Of a DNA stretch of 64,000 nucleotides, positions 51,303 to 64,000 are shown in pieces; position 1 is the stretch's first letter; each line of letters starts with the position of its first letter. The stretch comes from Mytilus edulis. Taxonomy: Eukaryota. The notes under the pieces are model-generated. The model searched no databases, was not told where the DNA came from, and saw nothing but the letters and a program-made list of their open reading frames with translations. The translations under genes were made by a program, and so were the position numbers. The stretch is from the NCBI RefSeq assembly GCF_963676685.1, contig NC_092349.1:44826001-44890000 (forward strand), written 5' to 3'.

Positions 51303-52562
51303 AAATATATTGAGTAGTAAACACATTCCAGAAACATAATTTTAAAAAACATGTTCATAGAAAATGGAATTCATTACTAAGGATTATACCCGTAATAAGA
51401 AATACTGAATTTGTCAAGGTCCCGACTTATTTTAATTTTTCATTTACTGTTATCTGTTTTTGTACATTTTAATTCCTTGTTATCTGTTATGAGCCAAATC
51501 AATTTGCTGTTTTGCTGTTATTGGGACCCCCCTTGCCCCCCCTCACTTTAGGTACAATGTAGAACATCCTGGTACTCAGTTAATTACGAGCAGCCCAAAA
51601 AAAAATCAAATATATGACTGGTGCAATTTAGGGGGAAATTTACTATTTTCCGATGATTTATTCATGCATAGAAAGCATTTAAACAATTAACTTTCCCTCA
51701 GAATTGTACTGATTAAACTTCAATTTACTTATTCATGTTGCTCTTGCTTATCTCAGTACCAGAATGTCCTACCACAGAGATCGAAGGTAACCTGCTTAAA
51801 TATCAATTCCAGAGTCAAAAGTCGATTATATGAAAATGGACTATTGTGATCATGTAAATTCCTTTTTGGAATAAATATAATTATGCCATATCATTTAGAC
51901 ATTTTTAAGGATTTTCATGATTATTTCGGGTAAAAAATTAGCTTCCAATACATTTTGAAATAAAAGATTGCAGTATTTTTTTATAAACAGATACTTTATC
52001 ATGCTAATTACAGTGCACACAAGGAGCAAATTAATTTCAATGAATCATACATTAAGTATTACATATTGAATAAAGATATGAAAGAAATTGCAATGATTTA
52101 AAACAGATTTCAATTTGAAAACAAACAAAAAATCTTAAGTTATGCTAGTCATGCTTGTGGTTTTTAATCAACTGGTCTTCTCTAAAATTACAAAACATGT
52201 ATTGCCAAATATCAAAATTGTGTTGGTTCTTTGTAAATTTCTGTGGCCACGACCTACAGACTATCACTTTTAAAGAACTTTGCATTCCCCCCCCCCCCAA
52301 ACCCCCTGTCTCAATGAGTACCATCATGAGTCGACCATGATTACAATAACAATGGTACTCATGGTACTATTCATTTCATCTAATAAAAAAATATGGAAAG
52401 AAATAGTAAATGAACTTTTATTAATCCAGTGATCTCCAGATATACATCTCCAATCATGCATTGTTGGTTTTAATCTAGCTTAAGCGTGCATGCTTTTCAT
52501 AAAATAAAGCTTCTATTTTAGATAACATATCTTTGGTTTACTAAAAAATTTCTATTTCTTAC

Positions 52563-52679
52563 CATTAGAGCATGTGGAAATTTGGCATCATAAACTATTG
52601 GTTTCTTGATGGACTTCAAATCATGTGTAGCAATGGTTGCTGCTTGTCTCTTCTGACATATCTCATCATGCAGTTTTGT
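52563..52679 (-). CDS. LRRC47: LRRC47 exon 2 (117 nt)
   Basis: Hand translation TKLHDEICQKRQAATIATHDLKSIKKPIVYDAKFPHALM, the B3/4 PheRS-beta-like motif. ttttacag acceptor and GTAAG donor. Confidence 0.9.
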
Positions 52680-53133
52680 CTGTAAAAAAAAAAGAATATA
52701 ATATATATTATTCCATCTTTATGTCTTAATGTATTTTATTTTACATGTGTCAGATTATTTCTGAACTTGGTGAAGTTGAAATTTTTGTACTATCAATGAT
52801 TTTGTCAGTTTGTGTGCTTTGCTAAAAGTAAAATTAAGATTGGAAATCATGAATATGGGGGAATGTGTCAGAGAGACAACAACATGACCATAGAGCATGC
52901 ATATACCACAAAGGTGTATATTAATCATGTTTTATCATGTTTATTCTGTATTTCTTTTTAATTTATTTTACAGATTTTTGGCTGTATCTGTGCAGTGTTT
53001 TCTGGTTGATTCATGGAAAAAAAATCACTATTTTCTGTGTTCAGTAGCTAGTGGTCACTTTGAAACAAGATGATAATTTATGATTGAGGGTCAAACCACC
53101 ATGGCTTTTTTTTTTTTAACTTTTTTGGATTCG

Positions 53134-53178
53134 AGCGTCACTGATGAGTCTTTTGTAGACGAAACGAGCGTCTGGCTT
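53134..53178 (+). ncRNA. Minimal type I hammerhead ribozyme (Penelope pLTR-type)
   Basis: GCGTCA-CTGATGA-GTCT tttgt AGAC-GAAA-CGAGCG-TC-TGGC. Intact core boxes, stem II, and GUC cleavage triplet (after 53172). Confidence 0.8.
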
Positions 53179-53525
53179 ATATACAAAATTTAGTCCTGGT
53201 ATCTATGATGAGTTTTTTTTGTAGGACACTGTTATATCATGTAGTATACATGATATATGTAGAATAAAGACATGATGGAAAAAGATATTTCAGAATTAAC
53301 CCTCTGAATTAAAATCACCACAGTTCTTAATAATTTGCTAATGAAGGAGTGATTTTAAACTGAGTCAACTTGAGCATGTTGAGAGTATGGTACTTTGAGT
53401 TTTCTAATATGATTACTCTAGATATTGTATTTTTTAAATACATGTATATATATACATACATATAAATGTATTTTTTCTTTCAAATTATCACTCATGCATG
53501 CATGACAATGTAAATATACATGTAC

Positions 53526-54509
53526 CTGAAGTGTAATGAAATGTTTGTAGATCATATTAGACTTCTTGAGGTACAACTGCCTTACTATACAACATAATAC
53601 ATATTGACGGACTGACAGGACTGCTGGCGTCACTTGTACAGTGTAACCTTCATCTTCTTGGAAATGCAAGATATTTATCATATCTTTGACAACTTCTTCT
53701 ACATCTTTATTAGCTTTCTTCCCTTTCTTCTTTTTGTCTTTTTGCTTTTTATCTTTTTTGCCAGATGCTTCCTGCTCTTTCTTCAGAACATTTGCCAGAT
53801 AATCTATAACAGATTTTGTCGGACACTGTTCGACCAATTTGCCAAATCGTCTGTCTTTAAATTTATTTCCTTTCAAATTCAATTCTTTCAACTTTGGACA
53901 GGCACTTAATTCAGCAGGTACTGAGGATAACTTATTGTTAGACAAATCCAACAAGTTCAGGTGAGGCAAGTCTGAAATTTCGGACTGAATTTCTTCAATC
54001 TGGTTGTCGCTTGCCTGAATTTGACTAAGATGAGACAACTCTTCACTATATATTCCCTCAGGTAGTGATGTTAAACTATTGTTTGAAATGATAAGAATAT
54101 GGACTGATGTCATCTTCTCAATTGATGGAAATATCTCTATTTTATTCATGCTACAATTCAAAGTGTGAATCGCAGTTAATCCAGAGATACTTTCTGGAAT
54201 CGATTCCAACTGGTTATTTGAAACATCGAAACATTTCAATTTCTTCAAGTTTGAAATGGTTTCTGGAAGTCGAGTTAGCTTGTTGTGGTCTAAAACTAAA
54301 TTGGTCAAATTAACAAGAGAACCTATGTCATCAGAAAGTTCTGTTAGGCATGTATTTGAAAAATCAAGGTAGTTTAGGTTTGTTAATTGGTACAGCCTTG
54401 AGTCTACACCATTTGCCTTAAGATAACCTGATATGGTGGGCCCTTGTAATTTAAGTTCATGTCTATTTTCTTTGATTGCAACACTAATTTCGTTCCATGT
54501 GGAAGTCAT
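53526..54509 (-). CDS. LRRC47: Leucine-rich repeat-containing protein 47, exon 1 of 5; full CDS join(54509..53526,52679..52563,48748..48630,42457..42355,40855..40544), 544 aa
   Basis: First ATG gives MTSTWNEI. Tandem LxxLxLxxN repeats, LKGNKFKDRRFGKLVEQC, a Lys-rich linker and the start of the B3/4 domain (VRQYVLCCIVR...FITLQ). GTACA donor. Confidence 0.92.
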
Positions 54510-55880
54510 GATTGCATGTACGACCGGAATCAAAATCCGACTTGTCTTTTCCTTTTACAAATATTTTAAGATATGGCCAGATTGTTTCACATCAAAACTA
54601 AAATTGGGGCAACCAATTCCACAACTAAAACTGATGCAATAACAAACGACTACGATCACGTGCTAATTAACAGAATTAAACAAATACCGGTATCATTAAA
54701 TTTTATTAAGTATGTGTATGTTTTATCTCTCAACACTGTACAATAAAACTAAGTAAAAATATAATAAGATAAGCTTGACCGTTTCATTTATAAAATGGTG
54801 CTGCGTTGTTGTTTATAATTGTTTTGTGAGGATTTGGCTTCTTTCAAAATAATCCTTTGAAGTAACAAACTGATCGAAGACTCATAATTCTTGGTCACAA
54901 CAATGTTTACAGGAAACAAAATAATCGAAACGTTTGTCAACATGTAACGTCATTTACATGTATAAATGTAGCTGATTATAGCCCGGTACATCATAACTGA
55001 TAGATTATGGGCGACAATAGGTACTTATTCTCCCTAAAAAATGTAAACTTATGAAAAATTCTAATGTTTAAATAGGTCAACATCTTGAACATGGTCAAAA
55101 CCACAGGTGATTTTTTGGGAAATTTTATCAATATTATAACAATAAAATATTGTAAATAATAAAGTCTACTAACCGTACGATTTCTTGTTGAGAAGTTATT
55201 TCGGCACACATATGCATTATATGTTGAACAGGTTGGAAACAAATAATATGAGGCAGGCATTACCTGTAAATGGGGACGAAGTCTGTATTCATGAATTATT
55301 TTTTTGTAACTTAAATATTTATTAAAAAAAAGAAACGGAACTGCCGTTACGTTTTCGATTTTGGTTCTGTTGTTAGGGATTTTAGTTGTGACGTTATTTA
55401 ATTCATGACGTCATATGCAATGTAAACAAAGAACATGAAGAAAGGCTATCATCAGATAATCAAGGAATTATTAAAATTGAAATTGGTATTGCGTTCCTTG
55501 CTATTTTATACTAGACTGATAAATATGTATTTTACTCAAAGTTTCATACAAACGAGATGGAAAAAGGAAGTACATTGTAGAGCTATATGGTGAATGAGTG
55601 TATAGCTTTCATGTCGATCCAGCCCCATATTCAGTCAGAGCTCAGACACATACAAGTCTAAACATGTTTTGACTCAAACAAGTCAAAAAGTGTAAAAATC
55701 GTAAAGTCAAGTTTTGACTTGTTCACGTCGTTTTCCGTTTTGTGGTATATTTTCATCAACCGTGGTTTTTTTGAATTTACCGCCTTATGACGAGACCTAC
55801 GATCACGCGGTTTTTTACGGGACTTCATGCTACCTGACGCCATTGTTAGAAAAGAACTGAAACGTGAAAGTCAGTGAGTA
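54510..55880. promoter_or_regulatory. LRRC47 promoter, possibly bidirectional
   Basis: Lies immediately upstream of the LRRC47 ATG. CACGTG at about 54657, locally CpG-rich 55720-55840, + strand donor-like GTGAGT at 55874. Confidence 0.4.
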
Positions 55881-56429
55881 CAGTATTGATTTTTATCATT
55901 TTAGGGGCAAAAGTAGGGTTATTTAGGCACGTTTTTGAAATGATCCACAGTTGTTCCCCGATTTTTTAGGTTTCTAAACACATTTTTTACAGATGAAGGG
56001 ATATCAAGTAAACAATATTTTGTCAGTGCCATCAAGGCGCGTGACTTCTAAATTGGTACGCGTGCCTTTTGAAGTGACCTACCCGAAAACAACATTCGAC
56101 TTCTATAGGTCAATAAGTGTTGTCTCTGTTATTTATTTGTAATTTCGGGAGACAACTCGTGATGTCTTCGGCAATTATATTGTTATTACCCGTATTACCG
56201 TATATTTTCTGAAACAAATTCCAAACGATACTGTGTGTTATCATGGTTATGATAAACATTAAATAATGCAATGTTTGAGAATTATGATTTTTTTCTTCTT
56301 GATAGAAAGAAGGGAGGGAGTTTATTTTCTAAAATTGTCAAATGAATATAACTTGAAAACTAAAAGTGATAAACACACACAATCTTCAGAAATTATCACA
56401 TAACAATAACACAAATCAATTGAGAGTGA

Positions 56430-56960
56430 GTCCATGGGAGTCATCCCCACCCCCTTGAATTTGATAATATATGCTTTTATCTTGTAAAGGTCCAGATCCC
56501 CACCCCTTAACTATATATTTTCTTGAATGGGACGACAAATCAAATTCAAAGAAATTAAAGGGAAATCCCTGGGGGGTCACCACAACCTGTTTTCGATTTG
56601 AGAATATGATATTATCCTATAAACGGACCAGATCCCCACCCCTAAACCATATATTTTCTTGAATGGGATGATTAGACAAGTCAAATGAAATTAAAGAGAA
56701 GTCCCTGGGGGTGTCAACCCACCCCGATCAATTCGAGAATGTGCTATTATCTTTTTAACGGTCAAGATCCCCACCCTTAAACCATATATATTCTTGTTAG
56801 GAAGAATAAAACACATCAAATGTAATATACATGTAGGGAGTTCATGGGAGCTACCCCACCCCATACATGCCATATGTATGAAAAACTTTTAAATGGTTGA
56901 GATCCCCACCCCTAAACCATATATAATCTTGTATGGGACAATAAAACAAATCAAAGTCCC
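56430..56960. repeat. Diverged tandem repeat, about 136-bp period, about 4 copies
   Basis: AGATCCCCACCC(C)TAAACCATATAT recurs at about 56494, 56630, 56766 and 56900. Confidence 0.75.
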
Positions 56961-59095
56961 TGGTGGTCACAGCATCCTGTTACAATTACTTCTTGTTATG
57001 TAACATCATTCTGTCACTAAAAAAAAATCATTTTGCATGTTTTGTATTTATTTATAATTTTTTTTTCTTTCGTATCATGTACAATGTATTGATGGGCTTG
57101 CATGGTTGATTGATCATCAACCAAGACAATAGCCAGGGTTAAAATTAACAGTCTTTAAGAAATTTTGGAAAAGTTCATGCTAGTCCTATTTAGACTTGAA
57201 TAAGTCTAAACTGAATTTTGTAAATGTTGGATTGAAGGTAGCTTGTGCTACATTTGACAGGTTTGACTATAGACCGAGAAAATTAGTCAGATTTCATGTG
57301 ATAATTCAAGAAGCTTTTTTTTAAATTGTTTTATTTTATCTTCTTTGTTCATATACATGATATATTCACTTCTATCTGAATAAATCAGAAATCAATTAAG
57401 TTCTTGTTTTTACTCTGCTTGGTTCAATGATTCATGTACATGTACATTGATGTATAATTTTAATAAATTTATATAAAACATATCTTCTGGTATTTCTGAA
57501 AGGTTCTGTTTTTTAAAGATAAACTAGAAATGGCTTATGTCTCTGCGAGTCCAATTTGGACTCGAATAGGTCTGAAAGTGAAATTGTTAGAACTTTGATT
57601 GCAGCTAAGCTCATTGGTGATTTATGTTATGTAATGATACTAAAAGCTATCTCTTATCGGTTTTTTGCTATCTTTGTTCATTTCACACTGAGAGAGAGTA
57701 TACCAAGAGACTGAAAATGTCTGTGTTTATTTGGACTTAAATAAGTCTAAAATTTAATTTATTTATTTTGGGGTAAGATTGTGTACAAAACTTTCCTGTT
57801 GATTCCTAAAATTTTCATTCTAATGATTTATTTAGTCGCCTTAGACTCACATATAGATATATGAAGATGTGGTATGAGTGCCAATGAGAAAACTTTTCAT
57901 CCAGATAACAATTAATAAAAGTAAACCATTATATGTTGTTGTATGGCCTTCAACACAAAGCAATGCTATTAATGGCAGTGAAAGTGTGTTGCATTTATCA
58001 AAATCCATCAGACTGTGTGCTGTTATATGACAGGGGGGGGGGGGGGGGCTCTTAACCCCAATTAAAGTTAAAATATAGTTAATATAAGTTATTTGAAACA
58101 TAATGAACATAAAAGGAGTTTGATTGTTATCGAGAATTCCTTACAGCATTCTTTTAAAACGTTTTACAATATTTCTTGTTCCAGATGTGTTTTATTATTT
58201 ATAATTGAACAAGTGACACTAAATCTTATAATCCTGTTATCGTTGATAACTAATAACATTATTCAGTCTTAAGAAGAAAAGAAGAAAGTGTCTTTGTAAG
58301 TTTTATTATTGAAGTAGGTTTTTTTCCAAATAAATTTTCATTATAATTTGAATTTATTCATCAAGTATTGTCAGAAAAAAAAAAAAGGCCCATTGGGGAA
58401 ATATAAAAAAGTTGGTTATGTCTGTCAGTCATGTTTTTGGACTGGAATATGCCTGGAAATGAATTTGAAATTATGTAGTTTGATTTGTGGTCACATCAAG
58501 CAGATAATTGATTTTTCCAACAGATTTTTTGTATTAGGAAGAAAAACATTGATTTTAATTGATCAAAGGTCTAATTTTAAAGTTTTCATCTGTTCTTAGC
58601 AGGAGGTTTAATTGCATAATTTTAATACAAATATATACTATGTATACTAGTCTTCTTGATTAGTGACCAGATGTCTGCATTTGGATTTCCTTGTCCATTG
58701 TTCTTTGTTATATGAACACTTATTAACTTTATCATCTCTATCATGTTCATTAAGAAATATTCCATTAAGAAGTAGTGTATTAAAAACCAGGACAGGCTGC
58801 CCAAAGTAAGTAAATTTTTTTCAATGCAGGTTTAGTAGTCAAGACAGTTTTAAAAACATGAATTTCTCAAACTGGGTTACAATGTACATGTAGTAAAAAA
58901 AATAACTTAAGTTATTTCAAAAAAATATAATTGTTTCAAGTAAGTTATTTGATGAGTCTTAGCATTGCTTAATAGCAAAAACAAAATAGTTTTATTTTTA
59001 TCATTAACTGTATACAGCTGTGTTAACTTATTTGTCTGATGTACAAATGAACATGATGAAGAATGTTGACCAATATGACTTATTTATGCTTTCAG

Positions 59096-59167
59096 CCAAC
59101 AAACTAACTGAAAATCTCAAAATGAATACAGATGAAAATCAAGGAACTACAAGTCATGATAGTGAAA
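59096..59167 (+). other. Candidate exon of an unidentified + strand gene
   Basis: tttcag acceptor and GTAAGT donor, 72 nt, open frame NKLTENLKMNTDENQGTTSHDSE. Confidence 0.45.
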
Positions 59168-59779
59168 GTAAGTAGATGCTATTTTATACGCCCATATTTA
59201 GTCTGGTATGAATTAAAATCACTAACAGTAACTGTACCATTGCAATGGTTTTATGATATCCAATACACTGCATGCTAGATTTTGCACATTTGTTCTTCAT
59301 CTGATTTCATATAAATTTTAAAAAAAAAATGAAAAAGAGAGATGTTTCTGAAAAAAGTGAACATCTTCTGTCCAAAATAATTCCTCCATTTACTCAATAA
59401 GTAAAAGTAGTGACAAGCAAAGAGCAAGTGTACATGGGTGTCTTATTTTGACTTGAATAAGTCTGAAAAAGTATTCAGTTTATTTTTAACCTTTGTTTGG
59501 AAATGAAGAACTTTGAAAATGTTTTTTTCTTAATTACTGTGAATGGAACAAGGTTAAATTGAAGTGCAGTTTTTTTTATATAAGGCATAATATATTTTCT
59601 GTGATAATTCCAAAAGCTTTCACTTCTATTTTTTCTTTGAATATAAATTAAAGCATTCATTCAAATTTTCTATTTTTTTGTCTGCATATACAATGTATAT
59701 ATGCTCCTTTTGGAACTGAATATATACTACATGTTTAAGTCCGACTGAACCTGAATTTGTTTTATTTAGGATCTTAGTT

Positions 59780-62700
59780 TGGACCTGAATAAGTCTGAAA
59801 ATGTTTTTCCTTTATTACTGTGATTGGAACAAGGTTACATAATGTCTTACAATATCTCTTGGACAATATTAAAAGATTTCATTCCTATTCTTCTTTTTAA
59901 ATGTATTTGAATTTTTCCAATCAAGATTAATCAGATGTTAAAAAAAGGGGGGGGGTGTAAATTTATGATAAGCCAAGAAACAGAGAATCCTAACATTCAT
60001 CCAGAATTTGATTTTCATTAATATTTTTGATTTTATATATAATCTTAATTCAGAGGGAGGTTGCATATGAGTATAAAATTTGTCAGATTTCCTGAGTTAA
60101 TTCAAAAAACTTCTATTTTGTCGTCATTGCATATACAGTGTATAATGCTCCTTTTGGACTTGAATAAGTCTGAAAATGTATTTCATTTTGTACTCTGCTG
60201 GGAACAAGGTTTCATTGAATTGCACTATTTTATATAAGTAAAGACATAATTTATTTCATGAGGTAATTCCAAAAGCTTTCAATCAATTAAGTGTTCTATT
60301 TTGTCGTTTTGGACTTGAATAAGTCTGAAAATGTTTCATTTAGTACTATGCTTGGAACAAGGTTAAATTATTTAGAATTACAACATTGTATATAAGACAT
60401 AATATCTTACAATATCTCCGACAATATTAAAAGATTTCATTCCTATTCTTCTTTTTAAATGTATTTGAATTTTTCCAATCAAGTTTAATCAGATGTTAAA
60501 AAAAGGGGAGTGTAGATTTATGATAAGACAAGAGACAGAGAATCCTAACATTCATCCAGAATTTAATTTTCATTAATATTTTTGATTTTATATATAATCT
60601 GAAAATGAATTTATTCACGAAGATCTTAATTCAGAGGGAGGTTGCATATGAGTATAATGAGTTAATTCAAAAAGCTTCTATTTTGTCGTCATTGCATATA
60701 CAGTGTATAATGCTCCTTTTGGACTTGAATAAGTCTGAAAATGTATTTCATTTAGTACTCTGCTGGGAACAAGGTTTTATTGAATTGCAAAATTTTATAT
60801 AAGTAAAGACATAATTTATTTCATGAGGTAATTCCAAAAGCTTTCAATCAATTAATGTGTTCTACTTTGTCGTTTATGACTTGAATAAGTCTGAAAATGT
60901 TTAATTTAGTACTTTGCTTGGAACAAGGTTACATTGAATTACAATATTTTATATAAGACATAATATCTTACAATATCTCTTGGACAATATTAAAAGATTT
61001 CATACCTATTCTTCTTTTTAAATGTATTTGAATTTTTCCAATCAAGTTTAATCAGATGTTAAAAAAAGGGGGGATGTAGATTTATGATAAGCCAAGAAAC
61101 AGAGAATCCTAACATTCATCCAGAATTTGATTTTCATTAATATATTTTATTTTATATATAATCTGAAAATGAATTTATTCACAAAGATCTTAATTCAGAG
61201 GGAGGTTGCATATGAGTATAAAATTTGTCAGATTTCCTGAGTTAATTAAAAAAACTTCTATTTTGTCGTCATTGCATATACAGTGTATAATGCTCCTTTT
61301 GGACTTGAATAAGTCTGAAAATGTATTTCGTTTAGTACTCTGCTGGGAACAAGGTTTCATTGAATTGCACTATTTTATATAAGTAAAGACATAATTTATT
61401 TCATGAGGTAATTCCAAAAGCTTTCAATCAATTAAGTGTTCTATTTTGTCGTTTTGGACTTGAATAAGTCTGAAAATGTTTCATTTAGTACTATGCTTGG
61501 AACAAGGTTTAATTATTTAGAATTACAACATTGTATATAAGACATAATATCTTACAATATCTCTTGGACAATATAAAAAGATTTCATTCCTATTCTTCTT
61601 TTTAAATGTATTTGAATTTTTCCAATCAAGTTTAATCAGATGTTAAAAAAAGGGGGGATGTAGATTTATGATAAGCCAAGAAACAGAGAATCCTAACATT
61701 CATCCAGAATTTGATTTTCATTAATATATTTTATTTTATATATAATCTGAAAATGAATTTATTCACAAAGATCTTAATTCAGAGGGAGGTTGCATATGAG
61801 TATAAAATTTGTCAGATTTCCTGAGTTAATTAAAAAAACTTCTATTTTGTCGTCATTGCATATACAGTGTATAATGCTCCTTTTGGACTTGAATAAGTCT
61901 GAAAATGTATTTCGTTTAGTACTCTGCTGGGAACAAGGTTTCATTGAATTGCACTATTTTATATAAGTAAAGACATAATTTATTTCATGAGGTAATTCCA
62001 AAAGCTTTCAATCAATTAAGTGTTCTATTTTGTCGTTTTGGACTTGAATAAGTCTGAAAATGTTTCATTTAGTACTATGCTTGGAACAAGGTTAAATTAT
62101 TTAGAATTACAACATTGTATATAAGACATTATATCTTACAATATGTCTTGGACAATATAAAAAGATTTCATTCCTATTCTTCTTTTTAAATGTATTTGAA
62201 TTTTTCCAATCAAGTTTAATCAGATGTTAAAAAAAGGGGGGATGTAGATTTATGATAAGCCAAGAGACAGAGAATCCTAACATTCATCCAGAATTTGATT
62301 TTCATTAATATATTTGATTTTATATATAATCTGAAAATGAATTTATTCACGAAGATCTTAATTCAGAGGGAGGTTGCATATGAGTATAAAATTTGTCAGA
62401 TTTCCTGAGTTAATTCAAAAAACTTCTATTTTGTCGTCATTGCATATACAGTGTATAATGCTCCTTTTGGACTTGAATAAGTCTGAAAATGTATTTCGTT
62501 TAGTACTCTGCTGGGAACAAGGTTTCATTGAATTGCACTATTTTATATAAGTAAAGACATAATTTATTTCATGAGGTAATTCCAAAACTTTCAATCAATT
62601 AAGTGTTCTATTTTGTCGTTTTGGACTTGAATAAGTCTGAAAATGTTTCATTTAGTACTATGCTTGGAACAAGGTTTAATTATTTAGAATTACAACATTG

Positions 62701-64000
62701 TATATAAGACATAATATCTTACAATATCTCTTGGACAATATAAAAAGATTTCATTCCTATTCTTCTTTTTAAATGTATTTGAATTTTTCCAATCAATTTT
62801 AATCAGATGTTAAAAAAAGGGGGGATGTAGATTTATGATAAGCCAAGAAACAGAGAATCCTAACATTCATCCAGAATTTGATTTTCATTAATATATTTTA
62901 TTTTATATATAATCTGAAAATGAATTTATTCACAAAGATCTTAATTCAGAGGGAGGTTGCATATGAGTATAAAATTTGTCAGATTTCCTGAGTTAATTAA
63001 AAAAACTTCTATTTTGTCGTCATTGCATATACAGTGTATAATGCTCCTTTTGGACTTGAATAAGTCTGAAAATGTATTTCGTTTAGTACTCTGCTGGGAA
63101 CAAGGTTTCATTGAATTGCACTATTTTATATAAGTAAAGACATAATTTATTTCATGAGGTAATTCCAAAAGCTTTCAATCAATTAAGTGTTCTATTTTGT
63201 CGTTTTGGACTTGAATAAGTCTGAAAATGTTTCATTTAGTACTATGCTTGGAACAAGGTTTAATTATTTAGAATTACAACATTGTATATAAGACATAATA
63301 TCTTACAATATCTCTTGGACAATATAAAAAGATTTCATTCCTATTCTTCTTTTTAAATGTATTTGAATTTTTCCAATCAAGTTTAATCAGATGTTAAAAA
63401 AAGGGGGGATGTAGATTTATGATAAGCCAAGAAACAGAGAATCCTAACATTCATCCAGAATTTGATTTTCATTAATATATTTTATTTTATATATAATCTG
63501 AAAATGAATTTATTCACAAAGATCTTAATTCAGAGGGAGGTTGCATATGAGTATAAAATTTGTCAGATTTCCTGAGTTAATTAAAAAAACTTCTATTTTG
63601 TCGTCATTGCATATACAGTGTATAATGCTCCTTTTGGACTTGAATAAGTCTGAAAATGTATTTCGTTTAGTACTCTGCTGGGAACAAGGTTTCATTGAAT
63701 TGCACTATTTTATATAAGTAAAGACATAATTTATTTCATGAGGTAATTCCAAAAGCTTTCAATCAATTAAGTGTTCTATTTTGTCGTTTTGGACTTGAAT
63801 AAGTCTGAAAATGTTTCATTTAGTACTATGCTTGGAACAAGGTTAAATTATTTAGAATTACAACATTGTATATAAGACATTATATCTTACAATATGTCTT
63901 GGACAATATAAAAAGATTTCATTCCTATTCTTCTTTTTAAATGTATTTGAATTTTTCCAATCAAGTTTAATCAGATGTTAAAAAAAGGGGGGATGTAGAT
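59780..64000. repeat. Tandem array (satellite) with 584-bp unit, more than 7 copies, running off the window end
   Basis: CAGAGGGAGG anchor at 60051, 60632, 61196, 61780, 62364, 62947 and 63531. Each unit has two GGACTTGAATAAGTCTGAAAATGT...GGAACAAGGTT subrepeats. Confidence 0.95.

Larger units (their letters stand above)
48858..51544. mobile_element. GAG...CTC element, 6-bp TSD ACTTTA, CTGTTA subterminal arrays, with nested insertions
   Basis: GAGGGGGGGCAAGGGG / CCCCTTGCCCCCCCTC. ACTTTA at 48852-48857 and 51545-51550. Confidence 0.82.

Noticed and set aside
54510-54533. N-terminal extension MIPVVHAI of the LRRC47 ORF in the track
   Set aside because: Begins at a non-ATG codon; the first in-frame ATG is at 54509.

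Overview
AT-rich eukaryotic (animal) genomic DNA. The repeat families suggest a bivalve mollusc, probably Mytilus-like; this is an inference. Three intact spliced genes lie on the minus strand: two tandem 3-exon UNC93A-like MFS membrane-protein paralogues (456 aa, 12266-17341; 479 aa, 18405-25583) and a 5-exon LRRC47 orthologue (544 aa, 40544-54509). There are also weak signs of a divergent + strand gene starting near 55.7 kb. The rest is densely nested mobile DNA. A 3.5 kb ZNF862-like hAT transposon is inserted into a 5'-truncated LINE, and the LINE reading frame is restored exactly by removing the transposon plus a 5-bp TSD. A second deleted hAT and at least 8 CAG...CTG MITEs also show 5-bp, not 8-bp, TSDs. 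Other elements include GAG...CTC elements with 6-bp TSDs, Harbinger-, Kolobok- and CACTA-like non-autonomous elements, Helentron-like (HINE) composite elements, Penelope-like RT remnants and a Penelope-type hammerhead ribozyme. The window ends in a homogeneous 584-bp tandem array, preceded by degenerate copies of its core motif. All coordinates were read by eye, and no database search was run.
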